Assembly: GCF_006345805.1 (NCBI RefSeq)
Contig: NW_021826227.1
Location: forward strand, 1 to 35,740
DNA length: 35,740 bases
Source: Octopus sinensis
Lineage: Eukaryota
Direction of reading: 5' to 3'
Positions 1 through 10,644 of this stretch are shown piece after piece. Made by a program: the position numbers and the translations under genes. Under the pieces are notes generated by a model. The model ran no database searches, had not been told where the DNA came from, and saw only the letters and a list, made by a program, of their open reading frames with translations. The stretch's first letter is position 1. Every line of letters begins with the position of its first letter.

Positions 1-1697
1 AGCAACTTTGAGTGTGGCGAGCTGTTATTTCTAGCAGATAACAGACCACCAATCCGTTTTATAGACGCTTCTTCACTTGGTTTCTCATTCGAGGAAGAAG
101 TCTGACCAGATCTGGGAAAAAGTTTTATAAATGCTTCTTAAATTGTCTTTCAATTTCGTATGAAAAACAAAGCAAGTTTGAGTGTAGTGGGCTGTAATTT
201 CTAGCAAGATGCCAGACCACCAATGCGTTTTATAGACGCTTCCTCACTTGGTTTCTCTTTCGAGGAAGAAGTCTGGCCAGATCCGGAAAACGTTTTATAA
301 ATGCTTCTTAAATTGTCTTTCAATTTCGTATGAAAAACAAACCAAATTTGAGTGTTGTGGGCTGTTCTTTCTAGCAAGACAACAGGCCACCAATGCGTTT
401 TATAGACGCTTCTTCACTTGGTTTCTCATTCGAGGAAGAAGTCTGACCAGATTCTGGAAAAAGATTTATAAATGCTTCTTAAATTGTCTTTCAATTTCGT
501 ATGAAAAACAAAGCAACTTTGAGTGTAGTGGGCTGTTATTTCTAGCAAGATAACAGGCCACCAATACGTTTTATAGACGCTTCTTCACTTGGTTTCTATT
601 TCGAGGAAGAAGTCTGACCAGATCCGGGAAAAATTTTATAAAAGCTTCTTAAATTGTCTTTCAATTTCGTATGAAAAACAAAGCAACTTTGAGTGTGGCG
701 AGCTGTTATTTCTAGCAAGATAACAGACCACCAATCCGTTTTATAGACGCTTCTTCACTTGGTTTCTCATTCGAGGAAGAAGTCTGACCAGATCTGGGAA
801 AAAGTTTTATAAATGCTTCTTAAATTGTCTTTCAATTTCGTATGAAAAACAAAGCAAGTTTGAGTATAGTGGGCTGTTATTTCTAGCAAGATGCCAGACC
901 ACCAATGCGTTTTATAGACGCTTCTTCACTTGGTTTCTCTTTCGAGGAAGAAGTCTGACCAGATCCGGAAAACGTTTTATAAATGCTTCTTAAATTGTCT
1001 TTCAATTTCGTATGAAAAACAAAGCAACTTTGAGTGTTGTGGGCTGTTATTTCTAGCAAGATAACAGACCACTAATCCGTTTTATAGACGCTTCTTCACT
1101 TGGTTTCTCTTTCGAGGAAGAAGTCTGACCAGATCCGGGAAAAAGTTTTATAAATGCTTCTTAAATTGTCTTTCAATTTCGTATGAAAAACAAAGCAACT
1201 TTGAGTGTAGTGGGCTGTTATTTCTAGCAAGATAACAGACCACCAATCCGTTTTATAGACGCTTCTTCACTTGGTTTCTCATTCGAGGAAGAAGTCTGGC
1301 CAGATCCGGGAAAAAGTTTTATAAATGCTTCTTAAATTGTCTTTCAATTTCGTATGAAAAACAAAGCAACTTTGAGTGTGGCGAGCTGTTATTTCTAGCA
1401 AGATAACAGACCACCAATCCGTTTTATAGACGCTTCTTCACTTGGTTTCTCATTCGAGGAAGAAGTCTGACCAGATCCGGGAAAAAGTTTTATAAATGCT
1501 TCTTAAATTGTCTTTCAATTTCGTATGAAAAACAAAGCAACTTTGAGTGTTGTGGGCTGTTCTTTCTAGCAAGATACCAGACCACCAATACGTTTATAGA
1601 CGCTTCTTCACTTGGTTTCTCATTCGAGGAAGAAGTCTGACCAGATCCGGGAAAAAGATTTATAAATGCTTCTTAAAATGTCTTTCAATTTCGTATG
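1..1697. repeat. Tandem satellite, ~170-171 bp monomer, ~10 copies (array runs off the left edge)
   Basis: Monomer starts AGCAACTTTGAGTG (or variant) at ~1, 171, 341, 512, 682, 853, 1023, 1194, 1365, 1536; array ends abruptly after TTCGTATGA at ~1697. Confidence 0.97.
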
Positions 1698-2800
1698 AGG
1701 GTAAGATATAAGGAGGTGGAAGAGATAGAGAGAGAAAGAAAGGAAGAAAGAGTGAGAGAGAGAAAGCCTAGGGAAGGGGAGGGATATATTAATGTATGAG
1801 GAAGCAGAGAAAGAATGAGAGTGGGAGGGAGAGACAGAATGCGTGAGAGAGAGAGAGAGAGAAAGGAAGAAAGAGTGAGAGAGAGAAAGCCTAGGGATGG
1901 GGAGGGATATATTAATGTATGAGGAAGCAGAGAATGGGAGTGAGAGTGGGAGAGAGAGAGAGAGAGAGAGAGAAATAATGCGTGAGAGAGAGAGAGAGAA
2001 GAAAGGAAGAAAGAGTGAGAGAGAGAAAGCCTAGGGAAGGGGAGGGATATATTAATGTATGAGGAAGCAGAGAGTGGGAGTGAGAGTGGGTGAGAGAGAG
2101 AGAGAGAGAGTGAAAGAATGCGTGAGAGAGATAGAGAGAGAAAGAAAGGAAGAAAGAGTGAGAGAGAGAAAGCCTAGGGAAGGGGAGGGATATATTAATG
2201 TATGAGGAAGCAGAGAAAGAATGAGAGTCGGAGAGAGAGAGAGAGAGACAGAATGTGTGAGAGAGAGAGAGAAAGGAAGAAAGAGTGAGAGAGAGAAAGC
2301 CTAGGGAAGGGGAGGGATATATTAATGTATGAGGAAGCAGAGAGGGGGAGTGAGAGTGGGAGAGAGAGAGACAGAATGCGTGAGAGAGAGAGAGAAGAAA
2401 GGAAGAAAGAGTGAGAGAGAGAAAGTCTAGGGAAGGGGAGGGATATATTAATGTATGAGGAAGCAGAGAAAGAATGAGAGTTGGAGAGAGAGAGAGAAAC
2501 AGAATGCGTGAGAGAGAGAGAGAGAGAAAGAAAAGAAGAAAGAGTGAGAGAGAGAAAGCCTATGGAAGGGGAGGGATATATTAATGTATGAGGAAGCAGA
2601 GAGGGGGAGTGAGAGTGGGAGAGAGAGAGACAGAATGCGTGAGAGAGAGAGAGAGAATGGAAGAAAGAGTGAGAGAGAGAAAGTCTAGGGAAGGGGAGGG
2701 ATATATTAATGTATGAGGAAGCAGAGAAAGAATGAGTGGGAGAGAGAGAGACAGAATGCGTGAGAGAGAGGGAGAGAGAGAGAGAGACAGAATGCATGTG
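1698..2800. repeat. GA-rich minisatellite, ~120-145 bp unit, 8 copies
   Basis: Core CTAGGGAAGGGGAGGGATATATTAATGTATGAGGAAGCAGAG recurs near 1780, 1905, 2045, 2190, 2315, 2440, 2575 and 2700; unit length varies through internal (GA)n tracts. Confidence 0.95.
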
Positions 2801-3939
2801 TGTGTGTGAGAGAGAGAGAGATAGTGAGAGAGAGACAGAGACAGATATACAGTTAGTGAGGGAGAGGAAGAGGTGAACGCTTTTGCAAGAGAGGTGGGCG
2901 GTGATTAAAATGAATATATAATGAGGTTCTGAGAGAAAGGAGACAAAGAGGGAGAAGTGGGAGGATATGTTTTGTAGGGGGGAGAGAAAGAGTATGAAAA
3001 TGCATTAAGGGTTTAGTGAGGTACAGACAGAGGGAATTAAGAGTAAAAGCAAGGGAGGGGGAAGCATTGGGTAATATATGAGGAGGTGGGAGAGGGAGGC
3101 GAAGAGAAAGAGACAAAGAGGGAGAGCGCGCTTATTGGACGATATATATTTAGTAATAGGGGAAGGGTATGAGTTAATAAAGAAAGCAAAATGGGCGGAG
3201 TCAATCTACATTATGCAAAGTGGTGGGAGTAGTCAACGTTGAAAGAGTAAGAACAATAACTCTTATTGAATCCCTTTTCGCTTTAAATTGTATTTTTTTC
3301 TTGCGCAGAATTTGAAGATTTCCAAAAATGATTTAATGTAAATAATAGATCGAAGGGTTTAATATTGCAATTTTAGCCCTTAATTTCCTCCTCGTAATCT
3401 TCACACTGCACCCTGCACCTATTGTGGAGGCAGCTGCTAGAAATAGCAGCCAAAATCGGATACTAAATGAAACCTCTTATTTCTTAATTGCTTCAAAATT
3501 ATTTATTAAGTTGAGGAAAAAGTTCGTGCGTTTGGTCTTTATTTTGAAGAATATTTGTTGCTTTTGAATAAATTCTTGCATAAAACAATCATTATTTTAA
3601 CACGACGCACGGACATTTCCCTCAATCTAATAGTTTCTATTTTATAATTGGCATTTGGTCAGAAACTGCAAAGATTAGCCATTGACTGTCCACTACAAAG
3701 AGAAGGGAGCAAGAATATGCAATGAAAGTGCAGTTTAGTGCAGCCGTGCATGGTTTGTCGTCCTATTTAAGCTGCAAAAATGTGAAAGTAAACTTCGAGA
3801 AGGAAAGGGATCAGACCGGAAGTGATGAGAATAGAACAGGAAACAAGTGAATGCCATCTAACGGAGAACAATTCAGCTCATAGTGACGACGCCTCTACCA
3901 CCGAAACATCTCGACACACTGTTTTTACTCATCGCAGGC

Positions 3940-4310
3940 CGGTCTCATGGATGTGTGACGGAGCTGTGTTGCGGGGGGGAAACAGCTACGAGAACGGAAA
4001 TCGACGGAAATTGACGCATCTCGACGGTATGAAGGAGTTCAGTGTGAAGATATAAATGCCTTTCGGTATTGCTTCAGATGTTTGACACCCGAATTTCCTG
4101 CCCCAGAGCTTCCAGACAATGGAGATTTTAAATATATTTTCTAAAACTGAGCTTCTGATGCTGTAATTGCGATTATATCGAAATATATGATTGATGAAAA
4201 CATTTTTCCTACTTCGATGTGAGGAGTTTTGGAAAATTCACACAAGGCGTCTGGCTTTTGTCACAACTTTCAGAAAAATAGTAATTTTTTAATGGAATTT
4301 TCTATAAATG
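3940..4310 (+). repeat. Old dispersed repeat, arm 1 of a diverged inverted pair
   Basis: Shares blocks such as GATTATATCG, AAAATTCACAC and AATTTTCTA, in order, with the reverse complement of 5490-5850. Confidence 0.6.
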
Positions 4311-4344
4311 CCTTTCAGAGTGTGTCGATTACAATTATAAATTA

Positions 4345-4860
4345 ATAAAAATAATGAAATTATTGTATACAGTGCTCAGGTGCACAACAACTTGTCAGAA
4401 AGTGCGTATAAGGTGTTGCAGTAATGTACAAATGTATATGGAAAGCGAACAATGTATGAGTTAGATACATGCTTGTGTGTGTATGGAGGGAGGAAATCAG
4501 ATGTAGGTTGGCGAATCTCAGGAAGCATGGAAGTTTGAAGGATGCAGTGCTCAGACAACTAACAACTGATGCCGGCAGTTTGTTCCATGCTTGCGGTGTG
4601 TATGGAGGGGAGAAAATCAGGTGTAGTGTTGGCGAATCTCAGAAAGCATGAAAGTTTTGAAGGATGCAGTGCTCAGAAAATTAACAACTGATGCCGGCAG
4701 TTTGTTCATGCTTGCGTGTGTATGGAGGTGAGGAAATCAGGTGTAGTGTTGGCGAATCTCAGAAAGCATGAAAGTTTTGAAGGATGCAGTGCTCAGACAA
4801 TTAACAAAAACTGATGCCGGCAGTTTGTTCCATGCTCAGCAACTCTCAGCGTGAAAAATC
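4345..4860 (-). mobile_element. 3' end of CR1/L2-like LINE with internal ~120 bp triplication
   Basis: Minus strand reads FFTLRVAE..WNKLPASVVSC..TASFK (with frameshifts), matching the CR1-clade ORF2 C-terminal FF-RV-WN-LP-VV-FK motif; tandem units at 4468-4585, 4586-4706, 4707-4830. Confidence 0.8.
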
Positions 4861-4976
4861 ATATCGGAAATGAATAAGAGAAAATTAATTTGGTGGATTA
4901 TTACAAATACATAGTACAACAGGTCACATATCGACAAAAGGAAACTTGAAATTTCGAAGGAAATTATGATGTGTGC

Positions 4977-5015
<39 letters not shown>

Positions 5016-5091
5016 CATTATTTTTTCTTTCCAAATTAAATTCCAATATAATCGCATTTTACACACACTGTAACGTATTTCCCTTTTACTC

Positions 5092-5489
5092 ATTTACTTC
5101 TTTCAGTCATTAGACTGCGGCCATGCTAGAGCACCGCTTTTAATCGAGCAACTCGATCCCGGGACTTATTCTTTTGTAAGCCCAGTACTTATTCTATCGG
5201 TGTCTTTTGCCGAACCGCTAAGTAACGGGGACATAAACACACCAGCATTGGTTGTCAAGCAATGCTAGGGGGACAAACACAAACACACACATGCATATAT
5301 ATATATATATATATATACATATATACGACGGGCTTCTTTCAGTTTCCGTCTACCAAATCCACTCACAAGGCTTTGGCCGGCCCGAGGCTATAGTAGAAGA
5401 CACTTGCCCAAGGTGGCACGCAGTGGGACTGAACCTGGAACCATGTGGTTGGTAAGCAAGCTACTTACCACACAGCCACTCTTGCGCCT
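5092..5489 (-). mobile_element. Full-length tRNA-derived SINE (octopus OK-like family)
   Basis: Minus strand head AGGCGCAAGAGTGGCTGTGTGGTAAG (A box) and GGTTCAGTCCC (B box), internal (TA)n/(TG)n, tail GCGGTGCTCTAGCATGGCCGCAGTC..TGACTGAAA; several copies in window. Confidence 0.9.
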
Positions 5490-5850
5490 GTAGAAAATTA
5501 CGTTAGAAAATAACCCATTTTTGTTAAAGTTCTGAGCAAACACAGACAATTCGTGTGAATTTTACGAAACTCAGCTTTCCGCCGACAGACAAATTTGTTT
5601 CGCTACAAATTCCGATATAATCAGAATGATCACCATCTGAAGCGTATTTACAGAAAATTTAATCAAATATGTCTGTTTGTCGGGGAAACAAATGAGGAGG
5701 AAACAAATTCGGTGCGTCGCACACATCTGTGAGAATGGCTGCCTTCCCAACACGGGTCTTCTGCTGGAAATCGCTGTTTCAGTCGGAAAGCTTCTCGGAT
5801 ATCCTCTCCCGCATCTGTGCGTGTCGGTGGGACATTACCGTCAAATCCAA
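5490..5850 (-). repeat. Old dispersed repeat, arm 2 of a diverged inverted pair
   Basis: Reverse complement aligns by eye with 3940-4310. Confidence 0.6.
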
Positions 5851-5949
5851 GCACCATCTTAGTCGTCTCTTTTGCTCACTAACATTTCTCTCTCTCTTTC
5901 TCTAATTCTTTCTTTCTTTCTCTCTGAGTGTTATATTGCAGCCCTACCC

Positions 5950-6755
5950 AACCATCAGAATCCTCCTCACCTGACCTAAGACCGACAATGACAGAGAAAG
6001 TAGCTGTCCATCTGCAACTGACATGTACCCTAAGCCTCGACTCCTTGAAGCATCAACGCCTTAAAATGTGTAAGAAACCGGTTCCCTTTGTTAACAGCAT
6101 ATAGGTCGATGGCAGAAATATCTGGTCGGTGGTGGAAGATTGAGACAGATGCACAGATATCTCGACGAAATTCAGCTGCGGGGAAGTGGCATCTGTCTTT
6201 ACGATCAACCATGTGTTTCATTTGTCTTAAATGAAAGCTTGAATCTTTTATTTAAATAAGAAATTTCAGTGTTTTCCCTTTTGTACAGAAATATTACGTT
6301 TATTAAGTTGTCCAAAAATGTCTGACAAATAGAATAATTTGTATAACGAATCTTCATTGTGGAACAAATCTGAATTTAATCCCAGCAGGAATATTATGTC
6401 TTCATTTTCTTAAAGTTCTAACAATTGTTTCAAAGCTTCTCCATTTCAGATTCATCACACTTCTGTTCTTCATAAAACTTTGCTGAAATTGGATGCCATT
6501 TCCTCACAGAAGAGGAAACTATTGAGAACAAGAATTTTAATAACGTTAATAATTTTAACCGCTTCTTATAATATTGCAAAAGTATCTGGAAATATTTTGT
6601 GAGAAACAAACACCTCTCAGTGAAGATTGCAATAAGTGACAGAAATAGGGTTTTTATCTTACAAAGTTAACTTGAACCCAATTTCCCTCCTTATCATAGC
6701 TTCTGCACCTTTATTACATACTACATTACATTTATACCATCCAAGGTCTAGTTCT
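5950..6755 (-). pseudogene. Decayed hAT (Buster/Charlie, ZBED5/FAM200-like) transposase fragment
   Basis: Manual minus-strand translation 6755-6205: LGWYKCNVVCNKGAEAMIRREIG..SVTYCNLH*EVFVS..L*EAVKIINVIK..LNSFLFCEEMAS..RTEV**I*NGEALKQLLEL..KLFYLSDIFGQLNKRNISVQ..KIQAFI. This matches the hAT motifs DGA-M-G, HC-HRE, AVK-VNFIK, TEVRWLSRG and LAYLSDIF-LN. Many stops; the extension below 6200 is weaker. Confidence 0.85.
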
Positions 6756-6759
6756 ATCT

Positions 6760-7161
6760 CTCTTTTACTCTTTTACTTGTTTCAGTCATTTGACTGCGGC
6801 CATGCTGGAGCACCGCCATTAATCGAGCAACTCGACCCCGGGACTTATTCTTCGTAAGCCCAGTACTTATTCTATCGGTCTCTTTTGCCGACCCGCTAAG
6901 TGACGGGGACGTAAACACACCAGCATCTGTTGTCAAGCAATTCTAGGGCGACAAACACAGACACACACACGCACATACACATATATATACATATATACGA
7001 CGGGCTTCTTTCAGTTTCCGTCTACCAAATCCACTCACAAGGCATTGGACGGCCCGGGGTTATAGCAGAAGACACTTGCCTGAGATGCCACGCAGTGGGA
7101 CTGAACCAGGAACCATGTGGTTGGTAAGCAAGCTACTTACCACACAGCCACTCCTGTGCCT
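6760..7161 (-). mobile_element. Full-length tRNA-derived SINE (same family as 5092-5489)
   Basis: Near-identical to 5092-5489; abuts the hAT remnant. Confidence 0.9.
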
Positions 7162-7169
7162 ATATATAT

Positions 7170-7417
7170 GTTATTTTATTTTACTTGTTTCAGTCATTTG
7201 ACAGTGGCCATGCTGGAGCACCGCCTTTAGTCGAGCAAATCGATCAGGCCGTCAAGAAGGCTATCCATATGCTAGAAATGGCAGCCAAAGCTAACGAAAG
7301 TTCGATAAAATAAGTCTCTCTCTCTCTATCTCTCTCTCTCTCTCTATCTCTTTCTCTCTTTCTCTCTCTCTATGCTAGAAATGGCAGCCAAAGCTAACGA
7401 AAGTTCGATAAAATAAG

Positions 7418-7449
<32 letters not shown>

Positions 7450-7556
7450 TCTATCTATCTCTCTCTCTCTCTCTCTTCTTCATCATCATCATCATGATAT
7501 ATATGAATATATATGTCTGAGTCGCTTTTCATTGACGAAAATCTGAGCTGCCTCTG
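7170..7556. repeat. Local duplicated cassette copy 1: SINE tail + GCTAGAAATGGCAGCCAAA segment + (CT)n/(CAT)n
   Basis: Matches 8411-8697; a ~48 bp piece is itself doubled (7268-7315, 7371-7418). Confidence 0.85.
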
Positions 7557-7882
7557 AGAAAATACGAATTAGATCGTCATATATATATATACGTAGGTGT
7601 GTGTGTATGCATACATTTGTGTATACGCCTGTGTATGCATGCATGCATGTATGTATGTATGTATGTATGTATACATGTATGTGTGTGTATATACACTTGT
7701 TTTGGCAGAAGAGTAAGGTATTTTAATTACATTTTAATTACATTTGCAGCCACAGCCAATTTACGCTTCAATGAACATCCTGTTGTCCAGTTAAGTTGCT
7801 GCGAAGGGCGACAACACACCCCTCATCGGTATTAAAAAATAGGTATTTCGTCTAAAGCTAAGCTACACACACACACACACAG

Positions 7883-7913
<31 letters not shown>

Positions 7914-8149
7914 AGTCTGTATATATGTATGTATGTGTGTATGTATGCATGTATCTATCTATCTAACTATCTATCAATCTATCCATATATATATATATAT
8001 ATGCGGACAATACACGAAGACAAACACACACACACACACACACACAAATATATATATGTTTATATACTTCAAAATAGAATATTACCCTTTAACAGGTAAT
8101 TTTAACTTGCTAAAAATAGCAGCCATATATGTATATATATATTCTCTTT

Positions 8150-8410
8150 CTCTTTCTCTTTTACTTGTTTCAGTCATTTTGACTGCGGCGATGCTGGAGC
8201 ACCGCCTTTAATCGAGCAACTCGACCCCGGGACTTATTCTTTGTAAGCCCAGTACTTATTCTATCGGTCTCTTTTTTGCCGAACCGCTAAGTGACGGGGA
8301 CGTGAACACAGCAGCATCTGTTGTCAAGCAATGCTAGGGGGACAAACACAGACACACACAAGCACATACACATATATATACATATATACGACGGGCTTCT
8401 TTCAGTTTCC
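8150..8410 (-). mobile_element. Truncated tRNA-SINE (3' two-thirds)
   Basis: Same family as 5092-5489; breaks at CAGTTTCCGT and lacks the tRNA head. Confidence 0.85.
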
Positions 8411-8557
8411 GTTATTTTATTTTACTTGTTTCAGTCATTTGACAGTGGCCATGCTGGAGCACCGCCTTTAGTCGAGCAAATCGATCAGGCCGTCAAGAAG
8501 GCTATCCATATGCTAGAAATGGCAGCCAAAGCTAACGAAAGTTCGATAAAATAAGTT

Positions 8558-8620
<63 letters not shown>

Positions 8621-8697
8621 TCTTCATCATCATCATGATATATATGAATATATATGTCTGAGTCGCTTTTCTTTGACGAAAATCTGAGCTGCCTCTG
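8411..8697. repeat. Local duplicated cassette copy 2
   Basis: Near-identical to 7170-7556 without the internal doubling. Confidence 0.85.
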
Positions 8698-8774
8698 TTT
8701 TATAATTTAGAGTCGAGGAATTATGTATGATATTTGAATTGGACGGGTTGATGTCTACACTTTATTGTGGAGAG

Positions 8775-8820
8775 GACATCTGAAGAAGGCTGGAGAATTC
8801 CTCAGCCGAAACGTTGTAGT
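8775..8820 (+). ncRNA. Minimal type I hammerhead motif (Penelope pLTR-type), weak stem I
   Basis: CTGAAGA (8780-8786), extra A, stem II GGCTG/CAGCC, GAAA (8808-8811), palindromic ACGT stem III, GUU site; stem I poorly paired. Confidence 0.6.
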
Positions 8821-8867
8821 AACAACTAACAAGATGAGGACACCTGTCCGTCGATTGTAATTATTCT

Positions 8868-9070
8868 TATCTACTCTAGTCACAAAGCCCGAAATTTTGG
8901 GGTAGGGCCCAATTGATTAGATCGACCCTACTATGCAACGGGTACTTAATGTTTCAAACCCGAAAGGATGAAAGGTAAAGTCGAAATCGGCGGAATTTTG
9001 AACTCATAACGTAAAAACAGAACGCTAAGCATTTGCCCTGCGTGCAAACGTTTCTGCAAACTCGGCGCCT
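8868..9070 (-). mobile_element. Diverged tRNA-derived SINE (octopus OR-like family)
   Basis: CCCGAAAGGATGAAAGGTAAAGTCGA and TTTGAACTC (B box on minus strand); homologous to 17891-18122. Confidence 0.75.
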
Positions 9071-9582
9071 TGTCAATTGTAAATATTGCAATAATTTGAC
9101 ATGTCAAACTGAAGGAAATTCGTGTGTTTATGGTGGAAAGGGAGGAAACCAAAAATAACGTCTCATGTGCAATTCCATAGCGGGAGCTCAACGTTATTCC
9201 TGACACGGTGTATAATACGGTCAATAATGCATTAACTAACTCGACCCAAATCGGATTTTCTGAGGCAAATGAGTCGGACGGAAAGCCTAGAATAGAATTT
9301 ATAACCTCCCTCTCAAACCCTTATCTGATATCGAACCGCTTAAGTCCATCCTTTTTTCACTAATTTAACTTGGACATAAACTAATCCACTTTCTACCACT
9401 CTCACCTTTAATACCATCAGTGGTCTTATGATCTTGAAATCTATTTTCTCCATCCTGCAAATATTCTCTGTCTAAACATCCCTAACTCCCCTTCCTATTA
9501 AATATAGCCCTCTATAAAATCAATCAGTCTTTAACCAATATCATGACAACATTTTAAATGCAAAACCTTTAATATAAACTTC

Positions 9583-9672
9583 TTCCCCCGGAGAGGGGTG
9601 ATGTATCCAACAATGGTCCCTGATATCTGTCATATATCAGGACCACAAAGATCCCTGAAACGGCCGTAGAAC
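9583..9672 (+). ncRNA. Degenerate hammerhead motif
   Basis: CCGGAGA (mutated CUGANGA), stem II GGGG/CCCT with long inner hairpin TGGTCCCTGATAT/ATATCAGGACCA, GAAA 9657-9660, palindromic ACGGCCGT stem III, GUA site. Confidence 0.45.
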
Positions 9673-9978
9673 ATTTAAAACTCTACCTATACTATTTGTG
9701 ATACTGTTTTATCTGAAAATTGGACTATTTCTTCTTAATATCCACACACCATTACCTTTTTAATTTCCATTCAATGTATCTTCATATGTAAATGTAGATA
9801 AATATCTAGCTTGCTTGTCGTTTCCTTAATTATCTAAAGTCTCAAGTTCTAATCTCTTCAGCACTTCGAAGTGTTTCTATATACAGTGAAGACCTGTATC
9901 TAAAGTAGAAAATAAAATATATATATGAATATGTATATACATAAACAAAAACACATATACATACGCACGTCTATATAT

Positions 9979-10030
<52 letters not shown>

Positions 10031-10035
10031 TTATT

Positions 10036-10381
10036 TATATTAAGGGCATTACTATATAGAATGCCTCGCGCTAAGAGGGATTCTTGAAGTCAACACTACT
10101 ATAATAACCACATTGTATCAAACGCCAGGATACAAGTGTTCGTCTGGTACGTTGATTTTGTTAATTTTATGTCTTGACAAAGGCTGCGCTGATGAGTGAA
10201 AAGTGCATTTTGTGCACTAATTACGGAATCATATGATGTTCAGCTACGTCTGTTTCTGGAGGCTCGCTTTGAGAGTTGCATTCCCTCGCGTTTTGTACAA
10301 TGTGGGCATTATAGTAGTTTTGGTTTCAAGTGACCCTCCTAGCGTGAGACATTTATGTATAAGTAATGCCCTTAATATATA
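10036..10381 (+). mobile_element. Non-coding element with ~70 bp inverted arms containing a degenerate hammerhead
   Basis: TATATTAAGGGCATTACT..CTACTATAAT (10036-10105) is the reverse complement of ATTATAGTAG..AGTAATGCCCTTAATATA (10308-10381); CTGATGA at 10189-10195, stem II AGTGCA/TGCACT, GGAA, palindrome TCATATGA. Confidence 0.75.
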
Positions 10382-10644
10382 TAAATATATTCATAGGGAA
10401 TAATTAATAAGTTATCCCTTCTGAGGTTTTTCACAATAACTACTTGATAAATCCTCGTAAAAATGTTATCCTATATTTCAATTATATATATTTATTAGTA
10501 GCCCCAAACTTACTTTGTTATATACACACACACACCACACACACACTTATGTATATATATATATATTTTACATATATGTATATACCTATGTATATGTGAG
10601 CGTGTGTATGTATATGTGTATGTGTTTCAGTTTATCCACTATGA

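Noticed and set aside
95-135. Hammerhead within the satellite monomer (CTGACCA..GAAA)
   Set aside because: Core is not CUGANGA and no stem II or stem I forms.
154-170. CENP-B box-like TTTCGTATGAAAAACAA in the satellite
   Set aside because: Has TTCG and A but lacks the required CGGG.
248-553. 101-aa ORF
   Set aside because: Translation of satellite monomers.
2195-2797. 200-aa S/L/H-rich ORF
   Set aside because: Read-through of the (CT)-rich minisatellite strand.
1-2800. CRISPR-like array
   Set aside because: Repeats are contiguous with no unique spacers; eukaryotic context; no cas genes.
3193-3220. GC box plus octamer-like ATGCAAAG suggesting an snRNA promoter
   Set aside because: Imperfect octamer and no recognisable snRNA downstream.
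3822-4055. 77-aa ORF with upstream TATA-like and CCGGAAGT motifs as a possible first exon
   Set aside because: No recognisable domain; overlaps an old repeat; no downstream exons found.
5410-5489. tRNA gene
   Set aside because: It is the tRNA-derived head of a SINE, without a full cloverleaf.
9820-9910. Minus-strand hammerhead-like motif
   Set aside because: CTGAAGA and GAAA are present but stems do not pair in the right order.
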